DNA of 64,000 nucleotides from Batkoa obscura (Eukaryota): NCBI GenBank assembly GCA_030770535.1, contig JASVEC010000019.1, positions 620,001 to 684,000 of the forward strand, read 5' to 3'. Shown piece by piece: positions 54,064 to 64,000 of this stretch (position 1 is its first letter; each line of letters starts with the position of its first letter). The notes under the pieces were generated by a model. It saw only the letters and a program-made list of their open reading frames with translations, ran no database searches and was not told where the DNA came from. The position numbers and the translations under genes were made by a program.

Positions 54064-56462
54064 TGTTTTTGTTTATTTAAAATATTGAATTTGGGGTTTC
54101 TATGTCTATTAGAAGGTAAAAGTTGATGCTTTTATACATTTCTCTGAGAAGTTGTTATACAGTTACACTAATATAATCAGTTATTATCAATATTTTTAAG
54201 TATAGTTATGTAGTCACAAATTTAAATAAAAGTAATGCGAATGATCTAATTTTTACTTAGATGGTGTGGCTGTAAAGATGAAATTTTTTAAAAGGGATAA
54301 ATTAAAGCCAACTGCAATACACATTAAAAACAGTTTAAGCATTAAAATAATTGATAGTAATATTTTTAGGCTATGATAAAATAATGATAGCTTATTTAAA
54401 ATATAGAATACAGCTTTTAATAATTTAAGTTTGTATTTAAAAGTTTTGTTTTATTGAATTTAAAAAATTCTATTCAAAAAGCAATACTTTTATAACGTTG
54501 TTTAGTTTGATATTTTTAGTAATAAAATTTACTTTATTGAAATATTGAATATTACTTAATATTAATAATGTAAACAAAATTAGCCGCTTTTTTGTTTTAA
54601 ACATTAACTAATCACAGTGTTTACTATTAACCCTAATCACAACAGCAATTGTGATTTTGACACAAACATGATTTTAATATTGTCATTAAAATTAACTTTG
54701 GTATTATGTATTAATATTTTTGTAACAATATAACGCTTGCTTAACTTGTTTTAAAATCAAAAAAAATATCCCTTATATAATATGAAAACTTTAAGCGTTG
54801 TTTGAGCGGAAGGATCATTAATAAATTTTAAAAAAAATACATCCCTATACAACAAAGCAATAAGAAAATATCAAAAAACTGTTTGTATCCCTTATCCTTG
54901 AATTTGGAATAGCGGAAAGCTCTTTGAGATAAACTGTTTATCTATGTAAAAAGTTAAGATAAGAACAAGAGCATTTGGTTTAGATTATTGATTAGTATAG
55001 GTAACAGTGATGGAAAAAAATAGCAGAATTATAGCAGAAAGACTAGGCGAGAGATGTTCAGATAAAAATCGGTGACTCAAGTAAACTTATAAAGTTAACA
55101 ATCACAAAAAGGATTTGACTCAAAAGAAAACATTGCTATGTGAAACATCAGAGGTTTGAAGATAAGTGATATTAGTAAAGATAAATGAAAAAATTATTCA
55201 TTTACCTTAGAGCAAAAGTAGCAATATAAAGCAAGAAAAAGAAAGTATTTTTGTTTTGTGCTGGAATGAAAACATAAGATCAAACTAACTATATTAAAGT
55301 TAGATTTTTTCGGGTAACATATGGACTAATGATCTAAATGTCTATATAAGCTCTAAAAACAATGTTTGAGGTTCAAGGATTGATATGTGAATTTATAATT
55401 ATTAAAAAAGCTTGAAGATTTAGATTTACACGTGTGGTAGGTGGCTATTTCGTAAAAAGTATCTTGATAATATTGTAAAAGTATAGAAATAAGCTAGGTC
55501 GGAGTTTAGTTGGGACGTTATCAAAAAGTGAGGGTATAAAAAAGGGAAGGTATAAAAAACCCAATAAAACCAAGATGTGAGTAAAAAGTGAGGTCATATT
55601 TGTTTTTTGTCTTTTTGCCTTTACAAAAGCCTTTAGTTTTAACTAGACTAGCTTATAAATTATTTATATCTAAATTAATTATAATTTATTTTTTTAATTT
55701 GCTATAAATATAGATATAAATCTAGAGTGATATGAAGTAGAGAGTAAAAAATGGAAAGATTGATGAAACGAAAAAAATACCCCATGTTTTTATAATACTT
55801 TGATACAACAATAAAACTACGTAATAATATAGGTGCCTTTTTTACATACTTTCGTTAAAAATCAAGGTATTAATAAATGATAATATGCCTTTAATTGTAT
55901 TCTAATAATACCAAAAAATTATAGTTGGTATAAAATAGTAACACTAAAAAGCATCAATAATTTTTCGAAATAGAAATAAAGCTAAATAATAGATAAATGA
56001 AATTAAAATACTTTTCTAACAAAACAAAAATAGGCATTTAAATATATAGTATATGATATTTCCATGCTACCTTTGAAAAAGCTACTAATGCTTTTTAATC
56101 ATACTCTTTTACATTTTGCCAAATTCGTAACGCAGTTGTTTACTACCTTGACTCATTAGTATTCTAAAATGCTTAAAGATTTATGAGGAAAGATGTAAAA
56201 TAATCGTATTATTCCCTATCTCTCAATAAAAACTAATAGTTAGCAAAAGGGCAATTTATAAACCTTATAAAATCAAAATTTAATTTAATCTATTTTTTAT
56301 TTAAACGTATAATTATATAATGCCATGATGGAAAAGGAGAACAAAAAATAAGCTGTATCTTCAAAATCAAGCTCTTAAAACTTGTCACTACTAATATTAA
56401 TCTAGTAATTTATTTTCATATTACCACTTGATTATTTGTGCCTATTCCCCCCCACTTGACTT

Positions 56463-56771
56463 TCAGGATCGGCTTACCTCTTGGTTTAGATTATTTACAT
56501 TCCTTTCATTCAAATTGCTTTGCGTGTCTTGATTTGATAGACTTCCAAAGTCATGAATTGCTTTTGCCTGCCTAAATAAATTTCTACCTCTAGGGTTTCG
56601 TTGCTCATTATGTTCTACTTGATTCCCAGAACCACTCATTGATTGTAGTTGAGGCGAAACAGCACCTTTAACTTTTTCAATCGATTGGCCATCTGTAGAG
56701 CCCTTATCATCAATTGGTATACTTAAATTAAGAGCTAATAAAAAGGGTATATAGACAAGAGATGCTTTCAT
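56463..56771 (-). CDS. Secreted-peptide family member 5 (102 aa, Q/N-rich)
   Basis: Signal MKASLVYIPFLLALNLS-IP; start chosen by alignment with paralogues. Confidence 0.75.
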   Translation of the reverse strand: MKASLVYIPFLLALNLSIPIDDKGSTDGQSIEKVKGAVSPQLQSMSGSGNQVEHNEQRNPRGRNLFRQAKAIHDFGSLSNQDTQSNLNERNVNNLNQEVSRS

Positions 56772-57854
56772 TTTACGTTTTTTAATATTGAATTTATTTA
56801 TTATAGATAACAATTGGTGCTCTTTTATATTCCTTTAATGGATGGCTATTGTTAATTGCATACCAATTTAAAAGATGAGCAGTAAACGCAATCTAACACT
56901 ATACTCAAATGATCGGTATTTTTTATTTTATTTTAATATCTAGTTATAAATTGGTATACACCAAATTAAAACTAATCAAGAAAAATAATTGAATGTTTTA
57001 TCTGGGCAGTTAGCGCAACTATAAAAAAGGAAATTGTTTTAGAAGTGTATAATTAAAATTAATTTTAGCGCATCTCTGACGTTACACTCTTTTGATATCA
57101 TTTCTTTAACAATTTTATGATTGGAAAACCAAACAGTAATTAACTTAGCTATTAAAATTTGCTAAAAATCAGGATGAGTCTAAATGAAGTGAAATAGCAA
57201 ATTCAAATGAAAATTAGAAGTGTAGAATAAAATCTAGTTAGAGTCTAAAATTATTTTTATCTGGTTGGGATTTCGGATCTAACTAAACTCTGTGCTCTGC
57301 TTCTCTTGCCATCTTAAGTTATGCTCAAGACATTGAATTTGATTCTTCCTTTTTATGTTTGACCTCTTCCCTTTTTTTCAAATTTTTACTATCATCAATT
57401 GATGTCTCAGTTATCTGACTTATTTATAAATAACTCTATAAGCTAGTGGCTGGCTTTCGATGTGATGATTCATCCTTATATGTATGTATTTTTCAATCAG
57501 ATCTTCTTGAATGAACTTTTTTCTTAGTTTTAAATTAAATTGGGTTAGCTATTTAAAATAAGTTTTGACTGAAGAGTACGTTGACTTATCTACTCTAGCT
57601 ACTCCCTATAGCCTGCCAGTTTACGTCCAACTCTTAATCAAAGCCTTTCTTAATAAGCATTAATTTGATATAAATATTGTCTTAAGCATTTATTTTCAAA
57701 GAAAAAAAGCAATACTCCTTATCCGTTAATGAATCTACAATTTTAAAGAAAAGTAAATGCTTGCAGCTAATCTCGACTTATTTTTTATTCTAGAATAAAT
57801 ATAATATAAAACACGCGTAACCAAAAAAGTAAAAAACAACTTGTATTTTATCAT

Positions 57855-58544
57855 TTACAAGATCTCCAAAAGGCCACCTTTATTACCACCAGTAGCCCGA
57901 TTACTGTTGTACTATTATCCGTCACTTGACTATTACTGCTATTTCTGTCGGCTTGGTTGGTGCAGGGGTTTAGTATGAGATTGTTGGGGATAAGGTTCTT
58001 CAGGTTGATCATTATCTTCATAACTATTTGGACTAGAGAAAATTTGACCATGGTTCCCTACATTATGCGCTCTACTGGGTTTTTGAAGTTTAAGTCCATG
58101 AGGTTTGCATCTGTGAGTTTGAGATTGGCCACCGCCTCTAAGACTGTTAGAGTCACTTGAATATTGATTGCGGTCACTTACATTAAAGCTCCTATTCGTG
58201 TCGCTATTGAAACTTGGGTTATTATCTCCATCAAAACCTATACCAATACCTTAATCAAAGCTTCTATTAATACCTAAATCAAAGCCTATGTTGATTCCTC
58301 CATTGATACCCCCAACATTGCCTCGATTGAAGCCTACATGAATACCTTATATTGATACTTACATGAATACCTGCGCTAGCGCCTCCATTAAAACCCCTGC
58401 TACTACCATTGGAACCTCTGTAAAGAAAAATTTTACTTTTTGCGAGGTATTGGTATTTTCTTGAGTGTCAATATAAGCTTGTTCATCAGTTGAGGCACCT
58501 GAACTTAAAGCAAATAAGGAAATACTGACAAGGGATGATTTTAT
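57855..58544 (-). pseudogene. Secreted-peptide family member 6 (Gly-rich repeats, decayed polyQ)
   Basis: ATA-KSSLVSISLFALSSG signal relic, G(F/I)N-type repeats, frameshifts, TAG CAG TAA TAG at 57930-57941, ends NKGGLLEIL*. Confidence 0.8.
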
Positions 58545-58636
58545 TATTTATTTATCGTATTTTAGATTTAGCGTTTTAGTTTAAAGATTTTTTTAAAAAT
58601 ATGTTGAGATATTTTTTTAGTAGTTTAATATCAAGC

Positions 58637-58901
58637 ATATTTTCTATTAATTGTCCTTTTTTGCTATTCTAAATTTAAAAATTAATTAACCAGTATGCTA
58701 TCTAAACTTAGAGGTACATTAGCTACTAGCTAATTGCTAACTAAAGTAAAAGTTAAGTTAGTAAGCCTCAAACCAGTATGAAGAACAAATAGCTGGTTAT
58801 AAAATTTATCATTCGCCAGCACAGATCCAAGCTCAAAAGATACTGGTTAATTAATTTTTAAACTTTAAAATAGTAAAAAAGGACGATTGGTAAAAAAATA
58901 T
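58637..58901. mobile_element. MITE-like element with ~60-bp TIRs
   Basis: 58637-58696 is the reverse complement of 58840-58901. Confidence 0.75.
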
Positions 58902-59451
58902 TACTATATATATTTATCCTCCTAGAACTTATCACAACAAATTGGTGATAAATTTTAGAGTTTGCTATTTGCCTGGTTGATTTTTTTTAGAGCCAAATTA
59001 TTACTTTTAAACTATCTTTAACTAAAATTTGCTTTTAAACAATCAATTAGGGTAGTATTAAATCTGCAAAAGCTACATTCGTCCTAAATGCCAACTAAAA
59101 AATTTATAAAACTAATCATTTTGAATAATACATGTTATTATTCCAATCCTTTTATGACCTAGCTGTCTGCTCATTTTAAAAAAATTCATGTTGAAATTAG
59201 GCAAAAATATAAGGAAAAGACTCTAAAAAATCGATTATACAAATAGTTAAAAATCAGTACTAAATAACTGTAGAAGAGCTGCAACAGCTGTAAACCTTAA
59301 TCCCAAGGCTATGTAAAATAATATAAGTAAATTCAAATTTAAAATTCAATTGTTTTTCAAGTTTGATTTATTACGAATATTATAAATAAGAGTGACTGCT
59401 ATGAGACATTTTTTTGATTACTTTTAAGATAACAGTATAAAGTGTTTTTAT

Positions 59452-59548
59452 AGAGATGTGTTTTTTTGCTTAAGAACCCTACCAGTAATCTTCCACTCGA
59501 ACAGCACTCGAAAAGTAGAAAAAGTGATGTAACTAAAAAAACACCTCC
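59452..59548 (-). mobile_element. ~98-bp MITE, diverged
   Basis: Diverged reverse match. Confidence 0.75.
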
Positions 59549-60252
59549 ATATGTACTATTATTCCGCTAGTAATATTTTTTAAATTTTATGTGCCAGAAA
59601 ATGGACAAAAAATTAGAAAAAATATCCGATATATTCAATTGGTGTTCTCAATACATTCATTTATGTTGCTAAGTTTTAAATGAAAGGCATTTGACATTTT
59701 GTATGGGTTTAATTTTGTAATGTGTGTTGACTTTTTTATTTTAGTAGTGGCAGAAATAATAAAAATTGAGCATATTTGTCTTTTAAGTGTAAAATAACAT
59801 GTAACTATCATTTATTCAGACTAAATCTAAATTATTTTATAACATGAATTCTAAAAACTTTCTTACAGTTATATATTTTTACTTCTTAATAGAGTATACT
59901 TTAAATATAGTAAAAAGACATTCGAAAGCCTGAAACTCCAACAAATGTATAAAAAAACTCATATTCCTTAGTAAAAAAACCCAATTTCAAAAAAAAACAT
60001 ATAAACGCATATAACCTAAAAACAATTTGTTTTTTATTTTGATGAATATAAATATAAAAAGTGTTGGCAGGTAGGGAGAGGCATAAATATAAAAGGTATC
60101 CTATTTAAATAATCCTAAAAGTCTATCACTACTTCGGCCTAACATTTTATGGTCATCTATTACCACCACCAGCCTGATTGTTGTTGCTGTTGTTGTTGTT
60201 GTCCGTCACCTGACTGCTGTTGCTGTTGTTGTTGCCCACTGCCCCATAACTG

Positions 60253-60498
60253 TTATTGCTGTTCCTGCTGCTGCTGTATGAATCGTCTAGCTTGTATTTG
60301 AGGCTTATAAGTACCTTCATAATTTCCAGGGCTAAATCGACCATCTTTTTCACCATCATAGCCACCATCATAATGGAAACCTTTACCATTTATAGAAGTA
60401 TTAGTAGGATTATGTATACTTGAAGAACTATTTTCACTAGTTGGAGCACCTAAGGTATATCCTAATAAAGCCAAAGTATAAATAAGAGATGCTTTCAT
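60253..60498 (-). CDS. Secreted-peptide family member 7 (81 aa to a TAA inside a polyQ tract)
   Basis: Signal MKASLIYTLALLGYTLG-AP; ARR-FIQQQQEQQ*; same-frame polyQ continues to SGWWW* at ~60160. Confidence 0.7.
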   Translation of the reverse strand: MKASLIYTLALLGYTLGAPTSENSSSSIHNPTNTSINGKGFHYDGGYDGEKDGRFSPGNYEGTYKPQIQARRFIQQQQEQQ

Positions 60499-62105
60499 TG
60501 CTTAATCATTCCTTTAATTTCAAAGATGTTATCTTAATATTTCTTGAATGATTAAAAGCTAGTGTCTTTATATATCTTTTTAACAAGTAGTTACAACTTA
60601 ATAATTATAATATTGAATGAATTGCGCATAGTTAATGAACGTTGTTTTTTACTAGGACACTTCAACTTTGAATTGAAATAGAAAGCCTTGAATAATCTAT
60701 TATTGTGCAAGTATAAAGCTATAAAATATTGAGCTAAATCGTTAGCACTTCTTTATGTTGATTTTTTTCCTTCAAATGCTAAAATGCGCTTTCAGCTTTA
60801 TTACTTTAAATTTAGGTTGATTTTTATTCTTTTCATTTTGCATGAATAAAAAATAAATTTGACTTTTACGTTTCATCTTTTTTGCGAAGTTTAATATTAA
60901 TTTTTATCAATTTTTATAACTAATTTTTAAAATCTCATTCATATATACAACTACTTTTAGATAAATATTTACTCTTAAATGAATTATTAGCTATCTAAAA
61001 GAGAGATGAAATAACTGTATAGTGAAAGATAGTCAAAAATTAACCTAGTTTTGAAAGCTAATTACCTCTGTTAAAACTATTTTCAACTATTTTTCAGTTT
61101 ATTTAAGAATAAAGTTACTACTAAGGTTCTCCAAAATATAAGAATTGTGCATCAAAAACTCTTTTATAAAAATTAGTTAATTCTAAAAATTCATGCTAAA
61201 TAGTTTGTAAAAAAGCTGCAATAGCTATACTTTAAGCATTAAAAAGTTCAAAGATGGTCTAAATTGTAACAATATGTGGATAAATTTTGACCCAAGGTAC
61301 AATTATTTTCCGGATGATCTCTTATAAAAAATAAAGAATAAACTGAATAGTATAGAGAAGTCAACATTAACTTTAAAATTATTTGGAAATGTTTTTTTGC
61401 AATGATTTTTCTAAAATTTAATGCTGCATAAGAATGAATAATTAATAAACAATGAAGCTCATTAATTTTTTCAATTTTGATTTTGATTTTGATTTTGATT
61501 GAAATTTTAATTAAATCATTTTTTAAACATGCCATAGATAATTAACCAATAGATAATTAAGTAATAGATAATTAAGCAATAGAGTAATGGTATAATGGTA
61601 TATGCTTAGACTGTTAGACTTTGGGTAAAATATTTTTGATATTTAACATAGATTTCTTTTATTAATGTATATTATATTGGCTTTTAATCATCTCTAATAG
61701 TAATGAATCGAGTAAATGCTAAGGAATAGCAATACTAAATACAATGATAAAACGTTTGTTGTGTTTCTTTTTTTATTAAGTGTAAGATAATATATAAAAT
61801 AGAGTTAAATGAAACTAACAGATAATTCTATTATCATTGATCTATCAAGATTCATTTTTTTAAACCTTTATTATTCCTTCATTAAACCATCCCTTAAATA
61901 TGCTAAATAAATAAACACACAATAGTTTTACACCTTTGATAAATACAAAATTAACTGTATCTATAATTACCCCTTGATAAAACTTTGGATTACCAAAAAA
62001 TAGTTTACAAATATTATAAAATAACTCTAGCTTAAAGTTAGTTTTTATTTGGAGACATATCGAAGCAAAATCCGAATAATAAAAAATGAAGTAAATTAAC
62101 ATTAA

Positions 62106-62520
62106 TTAAAAAATCCCTGAAAGGACATCTCTACCATTGTCGCCACCATCCGATTGCTTTTGCTGCTATCCACCACCTTATAAGTGTCGTTATCGCTGTT
62201 GAATTTGGTGAGGCCTTTGAAGTGGATGAGTTTGATGAGGTTTTTTGGGCTTTTCAGGCTGCATAGGTTGCTGAGGGTAAAGCTGATTAACACTTCCATG
62301 GCTCTATGTGGAGTGATCGCTCTGTTTATAATTTCCAATTTTATAACCACTACTGGGTACATTTCATTGCAATCACAGTCTTTTTTATCCTTGGAATGAA
62401 AACTTTTACTAGTTATATAGGTGCATGTACTTAATTGTAGGTCATTAAAGATATTTTCATCAATTGAAACACTAAAAATAAAGCCAATAACAAGGAAGTA
62501 TAGACAAGAAATACTTTTAT
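62106..62520 (-). pseudogene. Secreted-peptide family member 8
   Basis: ATA-KVFLVYTSLLLA signal relic, frameshifts, four TAA/TAG stops in the Q/P-rich region, ends GRDVLSGIF*. Confidence 0.8.
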
Positions 62521-63571
62521 TATTTTTTTGTTTTGTTGGTTTTTTGAAGATTAAGTTAGGACTTTATATATTTCTTGATAAGTAACTATAGACTGGCTAT
62601 ATCATTATTGAATCTATGCGATTAATCAACTAAGGTTGCTGTTTGTTTACCAGAGCAGTTCAATTTCGAATTGAAGTGAAAGATTACTGCCATTGTTTCC
62701 TTGTAGTGATAAAATACTAACATATCAGATTATACTATTGCTATTCTTTAGCGATCCCTTTGCTTTGATGTTAAGATGGGCTTTCAGTTTTGTATTTAAC
62801 TTGAGTTGATTTTTAGCTGTCTAAATAATGTGAGTAAAACTCAGCTCAAAATTAGAATTCAAGCAGAATACTATGAAAATAGTGTTTTTTCTTTAGTTCT
62901 AAAATAAGAACATGGTAATGTTTTTTATTTTAGTATTCATTCATAAGCTATTTTTAGGTTTTATATTACATAAAAAGTGAACAAAAGAATAAATTAAAAC
63001 ATACACTTATAAATTTTGGGAATTTAGATCAAGTCAAATTAGTAATTTTTATTAACTTTAGATAAATTTTCAAATTTACTAAATGTAAACAAAACCCGTG
63101 TAAATATAGTAAGTACACAGTTTACTAGCTCTTAAATATACCTTTTTAGTATTTGATATGGATTTAGTATATCAATATAAATTGTATTCATTATTTATTA
63201 ATTGTAAGTTAGTGTATAAAATTAAAATTGACCGAAGTATAGTGCTATAGTATTTTAAATTACTAAAATATGGAAATCGTTATTTTATCAATCTTTGATA
63301 CCCTTTCGTTAAACCATATCCTCAACAAAATTGTTCAATAAATAAACTTTAAAAGGGTTTATGATTTCAAGTTTTTTTAAAAAGGTTGTCACATTATTTG
63401 TTACCTCTCAATAAATGTCATTAATTTGAGGACAATTTATAAACGCTTATAATTGGTATTAACTCAATTTTTAAAAGCAAATTAAAATACAAATATAAAA
63501 ACTATGAAGAGAGAAATAAAAAATATTACAGATCTTTTTCGTTTATTAAATCCCCACCAACCCGGTTATTG

Positions 63572-63961
63572 TTATTGCTGCTGTTGTTTTTGGTGTTGCT
63601 GTTGTTGACGCTTGGGTATTTGTTGAGGTTCTTGAGGCTGGGGATCAAATTGTAGTTGAGGTTGAGGTTGTTGTTGACCAGCACTTTTATATCTTTTAAG
63701 GAAGGGACAGCTTTTACCACTCGAAAGCAAACTTTTACCATCTACAGAAGAGCCAGTAGACCCATTAAAGAAAGGGCAGCGCTGATGATAATTATTTCCT
63801 CTATTACCTCTATTGTTGCCGCTGTTACCGTTGAAAAGGAAGCTTTTATTATCTACAGAAGTATCACTAGAAGCTTGTAATTCACTAGATACTTTTTCAT
63901 CTGTTGGTGAGCTTAGGGTAAGTGCTGATAAAAAAGGAATGTATGTAATGTATGCTTTCAT
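63572..63961 (-). CDS. Secreted-peptide family member 9 (129 aa; internal duplication with CPF motifs, polyQ)
   Basis: Signal MKAYITYIPFLSALTLS-SP; SVDNKSFL..RCPFF and SVDGKSLL..SCPFLKR; KR sites; stop falls inside a CAA/CAG run. Confidence 0.8.
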   Translation of the reverse strand: MKAYITYIPFLSALTLSSPTDEKVSSELQASSDTSVDNKSFLFNGNSGNNRGNRGNNYHQRCPFFNGSTGSSVDGKSLLSSGKSCPFLKRYKSAGQQQPQPQLQFDPQPQEPQQIPKRQQQQHQKQQQQ

Positions 63962-64000
63962 TATTTTGTTTTTTTATATTTTGAAGATAGTTTTCAGGCA

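Noticed and set aside
61477..61582. Short tandem repeats (TTTTGA)n and 3x ATAGATAATTAA as a CRISPR-like array
   Set aside because: Simple micro/minisatellites without unique spacers, in a eukaryotic context
52743..63574. TAA/TAG reassigned to Gln (alternative genetic code)
   Set aside because: Conserved genes such as UGP1 (..RILDH-TAA) and Kish end in TAA at expected positions and have no internal TAR; several affected genes also have frameshifts or lost ATGs

Overview
Very AT-rich eukaryotic DNA with short GT-AG introns and the standard genetic code. It is most likely an early-diverging fungus; intronless class-A-like GPCR paralogues, F-box/LRR genes and tiny introns suggest Entomophthoromycotina (Conidiobolus-like), but this is inference. 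Housekeeping genes: SQS1-like G-patch protein, long-chain acyl-CoA ligase, OSTalpha/TMEM184-like protein, CSE1, AIFM2-like oxidoreductase, UGP1, VPS41, Kish, UTP25, and two identical initiator tRNA-Met genes. Accessory DNA has three parts. (1) A nested transposon locus at 22.86-27.81 kb: a Sola2-like DDD transposon sits, inverted, inside an older copy of itself. Its transposase is split by a 400-bp TG..CA element and a 98-bp MITE, and next to it lie a near-perfect 941-bp palindrome and a 128-bp perfectly identical hairpin-rich segment. (2) About 20 copies of a ~98-bp MITE with GGGGATGT ends and AWWT target duplications, related to the Sola2 end; one disrupts an F-box gene. (3) A ~16-kb co-oriented array (48.3-64 kb) of nine paralogous small secreted pre-pro-peptide genes and pseudogenes with shared signal peptides and promoters, dibasic sites, GLL-type C-termini and polyQ. 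Many are broken by CpA>TpA changes (CAR>TAR, ATG>ATA). All coordinates and alignments were read by eye.
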